Origin: Phoronis australis
Lineage: Eukaryota > Animalia > Phoronida
Reading direction: 5' to 3'
Length of the DNA stretch: 64,000 bases
NCBI GenBank assembly: GCA_002633005.1
Contig: NMRA01000063.1
Location: forward strand, 255,415-319,414
Each line of letters opens with the position of its first letter. Position 1 is the stretch's first letter. Below the pieces are notes generated by a model. It saw nothing but the letters and a program-made list of their open reading frames with translations. It was not told where the DNA came from and did not search any database. Positions 49,493 to 62,252 of the stretch are shown here, one piece after another. Both the position numbers and the translations under genes were made by a program.

Positions 49493-52400
49493 TGAAAGTC
49501 GTTTGCAAATAGTATTTTTAAATATCAGTTAGCATCAGGTGCGCTGTTTACAACATAATTGCTGGATTACTTGAGCATCAGATGAAAGCAGACAAAAGAG
49601 CTTGACTATCAGGCCCATAGGAACTCAAAAATTATTGGGGGGTCACAAACCATCGCCAAACTACCCCCCTTCCCATCGCCACCAGCTCGGCCACCATCCC
49701 TCTCCCCGCCCCCATGCTCCCAATGCCACCATATTTGTAGCGAATCTCCCACGTCTGCCCGAGGTGGAGGACCATCCCAGGGATACAGCCATCAAGAGTT
49801 GAATGACCGTGAATCAACATGTTGTGAACACATCCACTACCACAAGAAACTGTAGGAACACTGCATTTATCCACCTTCACTCTTATCAGGCTTCTATTGT
49901 GAGTCAGCATGCGTGAATAATTGGCTGATAAGCCACCTCTGGGACTACTTTTAGTTGAATGGATGACCAGCCCATAAAATGATAATTAGCCAAGACCAGT
50001 TACTAATGCAACAAAGAATAATGTTGTAGCATCACCTAGCCTTGGTGGAAAGCTGTATACTGTATTGGCTCTAATAACCGCTTAGAAAAATTTCACGGGG
50101 AGGGGAGTCGACGCTCATTGTAGCCTACGGCAGTTGAAACCCGGTTTCCCAAACGGGTAAAATCGGAAGCTAGGATTCATCAAATTTACACTCTGTGACG
50201 TATTTACAGCCTATGACAGTCTTTCTACGAAATTGTGGTGCATTGCTATCAACTTCCGTTGTTAAATTACGATAATTTTTCAAAAAATTGTGCTCATCAC
50301 AGGGCGAAAACTTGCCGACTGATGCGTCGCTGAATCGCGATCGTCAGTAGGAAAACTTGAACTCTTGAACTTCAGCTTTCAAAGTTCGCCGGTAGGTCCG
50401 CAACTTCTGACCTTCGGCCTGGTTAAAAAAATGAAAATGTTGATTTCACGATTTTGGGAACTGAAATAGGGACTGCTCGAAGAAAAAGTTTCATAACGGG
50501 AGTTTTTGTTCGAGTTGGAAGGAATTAAACACATCGACAACTTCCTAAGGTGTTCCTCTATGCGTAAAAAGTATTTATAACAACGTGACTTTGATGGTTT
50601 AGTCGGTGCGAGGTATAATTCGCCGAAAAGCTTCCGGCGTACAGAGCGCCTATAGCCACTGCATCGCCTCTGGTTCGGGCCAACAGAGGCGATGGTCATT
50701 GCCTACTTGGCGGCATCCCTTTGATCGTGAGGCAAGCGCGACTCAGCCAAGGTGGATAAATACGGTCTAGTTCAATTTTCCAAACCCCACCGTTTACCTT
50801 GACCATTGGGGTTAGGACCAATTTTATTTAGTGGGAATGTTTATAGCATGACATGGAGAGTAAGACTATGCCTAGGACCAGTAAACTAACCGGTAGCTAA
50901 GAGCTGCCTCAAGTAGCTATAGCTGAGATCTAACAATGTGAAAATACAAGAAATTGCGGATGAACTAAAGCTAGTTGCTGGTCAGCTCAGCTGTGATTCA
51001 CTTGAGACAGGCAGCTCGTACCGGTCGTCTGCATTGGCTCTAAGGTCAAGATTCATTTTATTGTGATCCAGTATTGGGAATTATTTTATTATGATCATTC
51101 TTTAAAGAAGTTTTTTGAAAAGGTGATGTACCGAGGTCCCTGGTATAGTGCCTTTGGGTCTGTTTCAAAATCTATCGTTCAAACACGACTGGCAGTCCAG
51201 TTTCTGGTGGTTGGGGAAATTGATACAGAGTGTTTCCCAAAAATGTACACAGTTCAACGTCTGGAAGTTCAGTTCCCATGGATCCCTGAGATTCTGCACA
51301 GACCTACTGCATGGTTATATCTTATTTTCAACGTGGGTGCGTCAGTCATGACGTGCATGGGAATCAGGCAAGCAAACAATTCAGTTTTGAAGAACAAAAA
51401 TCCATTCCCCAATACTATGAGAAAATAAAAACACCAAGGAAGTGCAAAGACGACCTTTCTAAGCATTAGTTTAATTTTATTTTTTTAAGGACTTTTAAAA
51501 CTTTTTTCGATCTACGGTTTGTGAGTCTGAATTTCATCAATGTCTTTAAGAGTTATTTTAGATAGGCAAAAATCTCCTAAGTGTACTTTACTATTTGGGG
51601 ATCGGATTACAGAGATTTCCAACTTCAGGCTGCAATTAAATTCACTGAAATATAATCATTTATGCTCGGAATATGTCCCGAAAATAATAGGTGCGTCGCA
51701 AGCTCCGTTTCCAGAGATACAAAGGAGACCGTGTATAGGCGATATAAGGTCATTTATTATGACTGATAAGGTACAGAAATATGAGTGTACAAATAACATA
51801 AAGATAAAATAATAATCTCTGGAAAGATGGGCAATAAAAAGGGCCACGAGAGATGTTGAAGACATCTCATGCCCATCCGCAGGGACGCACCAAAAGAAAA
51901 GGGAGGAAAAGGAGGCATTGTGTAGATTCGCATACTTACAGAGGCTGGCAGCCGGATACCAAACCCTAACTCCAGGGGCCAAGGCTGGAGGGGGAGGTAC
52001 GTTTACCCAAGTGCTGCAACAGCTGCCGGGTGTGAACTCACCCTGGTGTCGTGGCAGTAACGAACTGAACTAAAGTAAGGCTAAAAATACAAACGTAATG
52101 CATGGAAGACTGAACAAAACAATAAGACAAAGTGGTAAATAGGAAAAACAAGTACGCGGAGTGAAATGAAAGTACCATAAGTAAGATAAGGAAAGAGGTA
52201 AATAATGACCCCGTAAACGAACAACAGCACGAACTGAAAATGTTACAGAGGCGATGAAGGGCAAGCCCGAAACATAAGAGAAAGTACCTAAGATAATAAA
52301 AAAGAGAGGCTAACAGGAACTGAAGTACCAAGGTGACGATATAAACAAAATAACAGTATTAATTAACTGAGAAAGAAACTAACCCTAAGTAAACTGGAGA

Positions 52401-52811
52401 AATAGTACAAAGTGACTAACAAGGACGGAGAGAAGCAATGATAAAATATGGCTAACAGATGACTGGGAGAAGTGGGTAAACTGAACAATAACATAGGCTG
52501 AAAGCCGAATGACGGTGAGTACAAACTAGGAACAACGTGGGGAAACTAAAAACACTCACGGAAGGTATTACAACAACAGAAAAGCTAAGAAGAAATACCC
52601 TAAAATATAACCGGCAATACTAATGCCAGAGGGAGGGGATGGGGGAGGGATGGGAGAAGGCAGGGGATAGAGGAGAAAAAAGGTGCAGGCAATACTGACA
52701 CCGAAGGGCAATGGTAGGACAAGGTGCAGGCAATACTGAAAACGGGGAGGGAAGGGAGGTTGAGGCAAGAATGGGGAAAACGGAGGAGAGGAGGGGTTGG
52801 GGGACGGAAGA

Positions 52812-53774
52812 TTAAATTCGTCTGCCCTTAACGGGAGGAGGAGGGGTAGAAGCAGGCGTGGAGGGCTGCCTGCGACAAGACTTAGACGGGTGCTTTCCAT
52901 TGCAGGAGGAGCAGACATGGAGGTAGGGACACTGAGTGGGGGGCTTAGGGCAGGTGTGGGAGTTGTAGGACCAGCAGTAGCCAGGGGTGCGATGAGGAGA
53001 GGTGGTTTGGGGGGAGGGGGATTGGTGGGACCTGAGGGAGGTCTGAACCCACAGCTCCTGATTGATGGAGTGCCAAGGGGCGTGGGAAGGGAACCGGGCG
53101 CGGAGTTTGCGGAACTGCTGGTCGTAGTACATGGCATGGTGAAAACCAAAGGTGGAGATGAAGGTAAGGATAGTGTGGGCGTATTTGCAAAGGTGGGGGG
53201 ACTGGTGGGGGTGGGCGGTAGTATAAATGCTCATGTAAACGAGAAATGCCATGCACCACTCGTGACAGGACTGGAGGGATTTTGACTTCGGAGTTGAAGT
53301 AAGGATCTGTTGGCCTTCTTGTACGGTGAGAGATAATGTCGAGGAAGATGGATGTTGAGGGCGAAGTAGGGAATAAAAATCAACAAATTGATTCGTAACA
53401 ATCATGCCGCGGACCTTATCATCAACATTAAAACCTAACGGTAAAATGTCGGTAGCCGAGACCGCGGGAAGAGTGATGGGGAACGGCTGGTCGTTGGCCG
53501 GCGGATGGATGGTTGAAGGCAGAGGCAGCGGTGGAGGCTGCACAGGGATGACCGACGGAGCAGCTGGCAGGGGTGCTGAGACCGACGGCGGCACGGAGAG
53601 GAGAGATATATCCTGGCGAAGTTGCTGGATGACCGACGAGACTATGGTGGAAACGTCCGGCGTTGGTGCAGAGGGCGGAGTCGAGGACGTCGCAGACGAT
53701 GGAGAGGAGCGAGTGTGTGCCGGTGAAGGGCGAGAATACGGTGAGTTGGATGGACGAGCTGACTGACGAGGCAT
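52812..53774 (-). CDS. DIRS/Ngaro-type Gag-like protein, 320 aa, intact
   Basis: LGFNVDDKVRGMIVTNQFVDFYSLL; W..AF.VY..IY...HP...L.KY; YDQQFR....W..IN.ELW; Cys/His finger CWSYN..C...CPYLHVCSSC.G.H...C. The ATG is directly preceded by the acceptor-like TTTTTCTTTTTCAG. Confidence 0.8.
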   Translation of the reverse strand: MPRQSARPSNSPYSRPSPAHTRSSPSSATSSTPPSAPTPDVSTIVSSVIQQLRQDISLLSVPPSVSAPLPAAPSVIPVQPPPLPLPSTIHPPANDQPFPITLPAVSATDILPLGFNVDDKVRGMIVTNQFVDFYSLLRPQHPSSSTLSLTVQEGQQILTSTPKSKSLQSCHEWCMAFLVYMSIYTTAHPHQSPHLCKYAHTILTFISTFGFHHAMYYDQQFRKLRARFPSHAPWHSINQELWVQTSLRSHQSPSPQTTSPHRTPGYCWSYNSHTCPKPPTQCPYLHVCSSCNGKHPSKSCRRQPSTPASTPPPPVKGRRI

Positions 53775-54177
53775 CTGAAAAAGAAAAAACGGAGCGGCAG
53801 AGAGACTGATGCAAAAAAGGGGAACGACTGCCCCGGGAAGGGGTGGCCGAACCCCAGAGGTGGAACACAATCGAGGGAAACGTGGGGTGTATAAGGGAGA
53901 AAGGTGGCGGGGAAGGAAGGACAGGTAAGAACAGAACCCCAAGGAAGAGGTGGGAAACGGGGGTACATGGGGAGAGACGTAGAGAAAGCCCGAAAAGGGG
54001 GACCCAGGGCCCAAGGTACATGGACAGAAAAACAGGGATCCCCAAGGGGAGAGAGGAGAAAAACTGAAAAGGGTCATGGGGAGGGGAAGATAAGGCACAC
54101 AGTGCAACGAAGTACTAATGAGGGGGTGGAGGGGAAAGGACACAGGGCTCCACAGGAGAAATAGGCGCCCAACAGAA

Positions 54178-54597
54178 GGCACACAGTGCCTGGGGGTACA
54201 GATGGAACATTAGGGGCACACAGTGCCAAAGAGGTGACACAGTCACACATAAATGAGGCACACAGTGCTAGACGTCACAGACGCAACACTAGTGGCACAC
54301 AGTGCCAAAGAGGTGACACGGTCACCCAAGGGTGAGGCACACAGTGCCAGGCGTCACGGACGCAACACTAGGGGCACACAGTGCCGATGAGGTGACACAG
54401 TCACACATAAATGAGGCACTCAGTGCCAGGCGTCACAGACGCAACACTAGTGGCACACAGTGCAGAAGAGGTGACACAGTCACGATAAATGAGGCACACG
54501 GTGCCAGGTGTCACAGACGCAACACTAGGGGCACACAGTGCCAGAGGTGACACGGTCACCAAAGGTGAGGAATACAGTGACGGGCATCACAGACGCA
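54178..54597. repeat. ~79-bp tandem repeat made of two GGCACACAGTGCC subunits, ~5 copies
   Basis: Direct reading. Confidence 0.85.
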
Positions 54598-57500
54598 AAA
54601 ATATGACTGACGGGAGAAAAGGGGAGGGGGGGGNGAAACGGAAGGGGAAACGAACGCTGAGAGGGTGATTGAGGAACCCACGGGCATTGAAGTGGACAGG
54701 AGAGATGGGTGGGTAGTACCGCCCACTGAAGGTTAATACTTCATAACAAAGGAGGTAAAATAAAATGAAACATAATTATAGGGACATGGGGATATAAACG
54801 ATTATAGGAGAAGTATGGAGACGATTGAGTCGAGATAAGGGGAACAAGATAAAAATGTGTGGGGTGAGATCGAGTTACACGTACCGGGAGCCATTTTGAG
54901 GAAGTGACATGAAAGCGGCAGGAGGACGAATAAAAAGTCCAAAGGACACCAATTTGTCAAAAGTCACACGAATAGACACGGGTGAGGAGACAGAGATTGG
55001 ATCGGGTCCCGGGGGCTAGGGTGGTACTCGAGAGGCCCAAGAATTGGCTTGACAAGACGGGGATCGAACCCGAGGCTAAATAGGTCAAGAGACCGAGCAT
55101 GGCTGAGGGCAAGATGGCCCAGCCAGCGGACGTAGGGTGATCCCAGAGAAAGGCCATGAACTGGCATGACAGAGCGGAGGGAGGACTAAAAACATGCTTA
55201 CCGGGAACGTAGGAACTGGGATCGGAGAATGCAAAAAAATGAAGAGAGATTAGCTCGAACCTAAGTGCTGCAAAGCGAAGTACAGATGGCAGGAAATATA
55301 ACTTTCTTGAGAACAAATAAAGGAGCCCTATGACACGTGACAATCATCAGCCTATGGGAGCCAGGAGCTGACCAAACTCGTGGCAGTAATACAAACGAAC
55401 CAATAGTGAGGCTGGAAATGGAATGTCCTAGTGCCTTGAGTGCAGGAGGACCGCATGCGAATCTACACAAGGGGTTATTGGACCAGTCCGAAAGATGGGG
55501 GTATAAGAGGGACGAGTCCATATTCTCGCATAAATATATTTAACGAGTGAAATGTCATTTCTTAGAAGATTAGCTTCTAATTGTGAAAAATCATCTATGA
55601 ATCTATCGATTTTTGTAGATACATAAACAAGTAAAATAGAAACCAACGAATTTGTTTATCAAAACGAAATGTTATAAGCAATTTCCGCAGGCGTGCTCGC
55701 TGAGTTTTGGCGAGTAACCGGCCGGGGAACATGGGAGATGGGGCATTTGTATTAAAGTGTATTTTTACTCATTTCAGAGGTACATGTACCTATAACGGTT
55801 CACGAGGTAAATTTGAACTTCACTGACAAAAAACGCTGATATCATGGTTTATGATTGCGAGAGTTCTTTGAGTACCCCCTTTCATGTACGTGGTCATCAG
55901 AAATAGTAGCATAGACAGCAGTGTTTTTCCACACGTGGAAATTCCTTACAAAAAAATCATAGTAAGCATGCACGCACCCATGGGGGGACTCGGGGGTCTC
56001 GGATGAGCCCCTCCCCCCATTTGGTGAAGTGGGCAAAAACTCCGCCTCGGAGAAACAAAAAGTCTGAGAAAAACGAGACAAAGTCCACTAAAAAGGCAAA
56101 AAAAAGCAGGAATTCGGCGGAAATGCTCAAGTCATAGCTCTGATCGTAGTACCCCATTTTTCTTCTTAGTCCTCGGTTTTTAGTAAAAGGTCCACATTCT
56201 CAAAAATTTGAGCCCCTATATTTTAAGCTGAGTGTGCGCATGGTAACCATCTTCAAAATGGATACTATTCGTGTGATACTATGGGAAACAGTAACATTAT
56301 TTTATAACTAACCATCGAAAATAGTCCTTTTGTGTAATTCACAAGTAGTGGTCTTCACGTTCTTCAAAATTCCACCCTTTCGATGGCGGTCAATCCTTTT
56401 GTGTTTTGTTCACACTTTTTGGTTGTTTGGGTCAAATGTCTTGATACTGCTGTGCTGGGCACGAATGTTTTGTATTTTTTGATGAATTTGGAATCTCAAA
56501 TACCCTGATGAATACTTGGCAGTGCCAGACTTACATGTGTAGAAGGACAAAGGGACATTTCCCCTGAATTGCTGTACCGAGAGAGGGTCTCGTCTGAAAT
56601 GGGACACCTTAATATGAAAGGCTAAACATCATTAAGCTTGGAAAACGAGTGACAGTTCATTCTGCCGTCTTGTAGTCCCAAAACGATGCAGAAAGTGACC
56701 TTCAACATGAAAGCCAGTTGCGCGATTTCACAAAGAACAGCAAAATGGAGGTAATCGATTCCAACATTAGGCCCTCTCTCCGTGTGTGGCCCCTTTAGAA
56801 TTTGTCAATAAATATACAAAAAGGGTAGCCTCTTGAATGTCATCAATGCCCTCCTTCAAGGGTGGGGCCCCTAAATATGAAAATATCTATATATTTTTCG
56901 AAAATCAGGAAATGTGCAGCAATTGATGTTATCTGTCAGGTTATTAATTTTCTCAGTTTCCACAAAAAAATAAAGCGAATGTTGTCTCCGTTATCCCTTG
57001 CCAGACAGGAGCCTCTGGAGTAATATTACATTCGCAAAACTGCTTTATTGAATTTAAAAATCCAATAAATTAGTACGCTTTACAAATTTTCTCGACTTTT
57101 TGAAATATATGTACGAGTATGAATGATCACGTGCACATTTTCAAGTGCGTTTAGACAACCTGTGCTGCAAAAGCGGAGACCCTAACAATGTCCTGGCCAG
57201 GGTCCTCAAAAGGTAAACTATGCACTGTTGTTAAATGTTCTCGTAGAATTTTCTCTTATATCCGTATTTTGCAATCTTTCTTTTCTCTATTGTCCTCAGC
57301 CCCACACCTATGTTGGTTGCTACGGTTTAACCTTGACGCCTGAAAATTTTAGGGGCTGGCCCGTGACTATGTAAACATTAGTTTGCCACTGTCGCACTGA
57401 TAACGACACAGCTGTATCCTGATTGGCCAATCAATCAATCGGGATACTCATTCCACTGCGCGGGTGGGTAACGTTTCTTCAATTCATTGTGTTAACTTCA

Positions 57501-57697
57501 TTAGAAATTTGACTTGAAATTGAACCAATCACATGCCATGAAGTTTGTAGCTATGCAGTTGGTCAATTTTCGAGTCTCGTCTTGCTTATGTCTTATGGTC
57601 AAGGGTTATATTAGTATGCACGTTGCATCATCCTGGTTTGTATGTTCAAAATATGAAAGATAGGTGTTCTGACAATTACTTAATTTAAAATGTGTTT

Positions 57698-58458
57698 CAT
57701 TGACAGGCCTGTAGCCAACATTGACAGGCCTGTAGCCAACATTGACAGGCCTGTAGCCAACACTGACAGGCCTGTAGCCAACACTGACAGGCCTGTAGCC
57801 AACACTGACAGGCCTGTAGCCAACACTGACAGGCCTGTAGCCAACACTGACAGGCCTGTAGCCAACACTGACAGGCCTGTAGCCAACACTGACAGGCCTG
57901 TAGCCAACACTGACAGGCCTGTAGCCAACACTGACAGGCCTGTAGCCAACACTGACAGGCCTGTAGCCAACACTGACAGGCCTGTAGCCAACACTGACAG
58001 GCCTGTAGCCAACACTGACAGGCCTGTAGCCAACACTGACAGGCCTGTAGCCAACACTGACAGGCCTGTAGCCAACACTGACAGGCCTGTAGCCAACACT
58101 GACAGGCCTGTAGCCAACACTGACAGGCCTGTAGCCAACACTGACAGGCCTGTAGCCAACACTGACAGGCCTGTAGCCAACACTGACAGGCCTGTAGCCA
58201 ACACTGACAGGCCTGTAGCCAACACTGACAGGCCTGTAGCCAACACTGACAGGCCTGTAGCCAACACTGACAGGCCTGTAGCCAACACTGACAGGCCTGT
58301 AGCCAACACTGACAGGCCTGTAGCCAACACTGACAGGCCTGTAGCCAACACTGACAGGCCTGTAGCCAACACTGACAGGCCTGTAGCCAACATTGACAGG
58401 CCTGTAGCCAACATTGACAGGCCTGTAGCCAACATTGACAGGCCTGTAGCCAACATTG
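57698..58458. repeat. 21-bp minisatellite, 36 units
   Basis: CAYTGACAGGCCTGTAGCCAA. Confidence 0.98.
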
Positions 58459-60894
58459 CGCAGGGGGTTGTTCGAATTTCTTGAAAGGTGGACCATTGAT
58501 ATTTTGCAAATGTCGACACTGTGGAGTTTTCATTAAGGTCCTGAGTTGACACAGCTTAATCAGGGAGAAACAAGGAAATTTGTGTACACAATGACTCTCA
58601 GCTCTACATGTATGTTTTGGGATGAGATGGAGAATTAGTAATACCAGAGGTGAGGATGCCGTGATGGTTACTCGCAACGAACGGAACTCGATTCTGATGT
58701 AATGTGGTCCAAACCGTTCTCGCGTTACTTCCTGCCAAATTGTCAAATCGGACAGAATTATTTAGTCGGAGATTAACTTGACAAAAATTTTTATCTAGTT
58801 ATATTTTTGCGTGTAAACGTTATTGCATTTTAAAAAATATGGAGTGGGAATATTGATGATTTATCAACCACGATACATTCATCAAATCCATGTCAAGGTC
58901 ACATCATTTCACAGCGCAACTGAAAAGTTTAGGGACACTACGCCTGAACTTCATCCACCGGAACCACACACATTGCGGGTCGAAATTAAATGTAGTTAGC
59001 AGGCTACCCTGTCCCTGCCAGTTTTCACGTAGTCAGCGAGAACCATTGAGTCTTCTTAATTTTAAAACCGTTGGTCGCCGCAGCCCTGACCCGTGCCCCA
59101 GATGTTGCTCCTAATTAAGAATGAGTTGTTAGATAGATTCAAGAATCACGATTGGCAGTGATTGGAACCGAGCTCATTTGTAAACAATGAAATCCAGGTA
59201 TTAAGAACTAGTCAACTTTTGCACACCCTTTAAATGGTTACTAAATGGACACAAACACAATAATTTATTCATAATTGTTATGACTCATTAGCAGACAATC
59301 AGAGTAATGAACTGTGTGGCTCAGTGGTTGGAGGTCGAGATTCCTGTTTTCAATAGAGAGACCCGAGTTTGAATCCTGGCCTCTATTCAGTAGAGCTAGG
59401 ACAGTGCTAAAAAGCAAGACTTCGTGAGATTATGTGAGATATTGCAGTGTATTTTAAATGAGAGCATGTGACTGAGGCTAGATTTTAGCTAGGGCGTAGC
59501 GTAGGTTCTAGCGTTACTAAACACACTCCAGGACCCCCAATGGGTGAATACAGCACTGGTAGTTGACAAATGCTCTTATAAAATTTCGTCTACTTATGTT
59601 TCGCTGTGTTTTTCTCGACTGCCCTCTGACCCCAGCCCTACGCCTATGCCTTTCCCAAAGCTTTACCGTAACACCTGCAAATTATGTCCACGTGCTCCCT
59701 ACCCCTCCTCCCGGACCGCGCGGCTCTGAAATCTCGCACATGTTCAAAATCAAATCTGGCTTCACTGACTGCCAATACAGCATTGCACAAATATGTCTGC
59801 AACTCCTCTGAGCTCGGTCTTATACAAGTGAATATGTGCGAGGGTGTCAGTTAGAACCTGGATATAATGCAAAAGCGACTCCTGGAGCTGTGCTTATATT
59901 TAAGAAAAAAAATAACTGTCGAAGTTCTGGTTTTGAAATTGTGGACATTCGAAGTAGTGAACTTTTGAAGGTGACGAACCTTTGGAGTAGTGGACCTTCA
60001 AAGTAGCAAACCTTCAGAAATTTGGCGTCTAACCTTGGAAATCTTCCATCAAGTTAGTTGCTGGTATGAAGTCTGTGTGGCTGTGCACCACTGACACTAG
60101 TCACAAAGTTTTTATTGGGTCTACATCTACTTTCCCCAAAAATGTGAACATGCTCGTCAGTGTTTTCTCAGAGCAAGCAAACACTGTTATAGTTAAATTC
60201 TGAGCAACGGACGGAAGGCTGCCTATTGTTAACTTGGCGTCGGCTTCTACTGAATTTAAAAGAACGGAATCGTATACACCTGTACACGCATGCATGTGAA
60301 TCCACCAATCCGCAATCGAATTGGACACTGTATGACAAATATACCTGTATTTGGCAAACACTATCAAATCCAAGTTTGAAAATGCCTGCGCTTAACCATA
60401 CTATGCCAGCAAGCAATGTAAGATAACAAACGTATTTTCTGCTGTTTTGTTTCTTGGTCGGTTTTAAGGCATTCACACCGCACTGTGACTTTTTGGAGCT
60501 GTCTCGCTGCTATATAGCTTAGCTACTGGTACAGACATTTACTTCTTTACCCCCTTGTTTCCCTACAGTGTAACCACAACGTGAGTTCAATGCCGATGAG
60601 TAACGTAAAGCCTCTTTTAATCGTCTGCACGATCCTGTCATCTACACAAATACCACTTGGGCAAAGTTGGCCGGGTACGGACCAATGATTACGTGAAGCG
60701 CTTTGAATCAGAAGCAAATTAGGCAAAATTATTACAAACTTAGTTAACATGGTAGTTAGTAGTACCAGTAGCTGCAACAGTTTTGTTGTTGTCCATCTGT
60801 ATCATATACTTAACGGAGTGGCTGGGGCTGGACCTTTTCTGCGGAGGGGGGGGGTTGGTTCGAACCCCTCGAATCCCCCCTGGCTAGGGGCCTG
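57704..60894. mobile_element. hAT-like non-autonomous element with a 5-bp TSD whose left end has been tandemly amplified
   Basis: ATTGA|CAGGCCTGTAGCCA ... TGGCTAGGGGCCTG|ATTGA (12/14 TIR match). Confidence 0.75.
59316..59380 (+). promoter_or_regulatory. Degenerate tRNA-derived (SINE-head-like) A and B boxes
   Basis: TGGCTCAGTGG ... GTTTGAATCC. Confidence 0.4.
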
Positions 60895-61452
60895 ATTGAT
60901 TACATTTATCTGTGATTGAAGTATTTAACATTATATAGTAAAACTCACATCAGTTTTGACTTCACATTGCCCTGAAAAAAAAACTTTCTCAATTTTATTG
61001 TTCTTCGTTGTTTGTACACTCAGCCTGTCAGATCAGTTAAATTTCCACCATCTTACTGACAAATAGAATCTCTTGGTGAAATTGAATTCGACTTACGTAA
61101 ATTTTACTGTAGTATATACACATATTAATGAATACACAGATTGAGGTATACAACTTAACAATAGACTGACAGACAGTCTAATGATGTAGACAAAATTATG
61201 ACTGCAAGGGCAAGCATCATTTTTGCTCTTAGTGGTGTGATAACTTTTTGTTTGAAGCTGCATTTCTCCCTCTTAAGTAGAATAAAATCGAATATTGAAT
61301 TAGTTTTCATTCTCAAATTGATCTCGTAATATTCATTATTGTGATAGGATTCTGTTTCCGTCTTCAACAAGAAAATTGAAACCATCAACAACTCAGAAAA
61401 CACCTTGAGTTTATTGAGGTTGACTAACCCAAACTTTGCTGATTCCAAAATA

Positions 61453-61596
61453 GTGCGTGTATGCATAATGGTCCGTGTATGCATAATGGTGCTTGTATGC
61501 ATAATGGTGCGTGTATCCATAATGGTGCGTGTATGCATAATGGTGCGTGTATGCATAATGGTGCGTGTATCCATAATGGTGCGTGTATGCATAATG
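61453..61596. repeat. 18-bp tandem repeat, ~8 copies
   Basis: GTGCGTGTATGCATAATG. Confidence 0.95.
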
Positions 61597-62252
61597 CCTA
61601 TGACTTGAGTTGCTGGCTCACTCACAGTTCACCATTAGATAACAATAGTAATGCTTTAAAACCTCACTTTAGTTCAGAATTCAACATAGACAGCTAAACA
61701 GTGGTGAAATAGCCCTTTATATTAATTAATGGTGATTCACTTTACATTGTTTTCCTCATGCTGAAACTATATTCTAATGTTAAATGATATACTAAGCACT
61801 AAATTATTTTTCATGTCGCCCCGCCCTTTGGGGTGAGTTCCCAATTTCACTGATCGGGAAATGGGTTACAGCCTGATCATTATCAGTTTAACAGCAATAG
61901 TAAGGGGAGAAAGTTGAAAAACCAATGTTTACATAGTCCAGCGCTCTCATTGTCTATGTTCATCTGATGTTTAGGTCACGTAATCCAGCAATGTTGTAAA
62001 CAGTGCACCCTGACGCTAACCAGTATTTCAAAAATACTGTTTGTTAACAACTTTGAACAAATGTCGTGAAGATGTCTTTTTATGAAACGCTATCACCAAA
62101 AAACTTTGAATCTGATAAAAACGGTTGACTTTGTGATTTATTTGGCTGTAAGGTCTGTCCCACCTGCCACAACAAAGTGTACCAACACAGTAGACTTATT
62201 TGCCAAATTTAATGTAGCGTGATTCTAGATCAGATCATTGAAAATTTCTTGA

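Larger units (their letters stand above)
51810..55545 (-). mobile_element. Gag-only DIRS/Ngaro-like (tyrosine-recombinase class) element; boundaries approximate
   Basis: Strong purine/pyrimidine strand skew; Ngaro-type gag ORF; 16-bp inverted repeat at 51918-51933 / 55455-55470; no RT or YR ORF. Confidence 0.6.

Noticed and set aside
52568-54164. Several overlapping Pro/Gly-rich ORFs around the gag gene
   Set aside because: Shadow frames of GC-skewed sequence; no RT or YR motifs in them.
57606-58746. Four long repetitive ORFs (GYRPVSV, LATGLSV, DRPVANT, CWLQACQ)
   Set aside because: Artefacts of a 21-bp unit (a multiple of 3) with no stop in several frames; the unit is explained as a transposon end.
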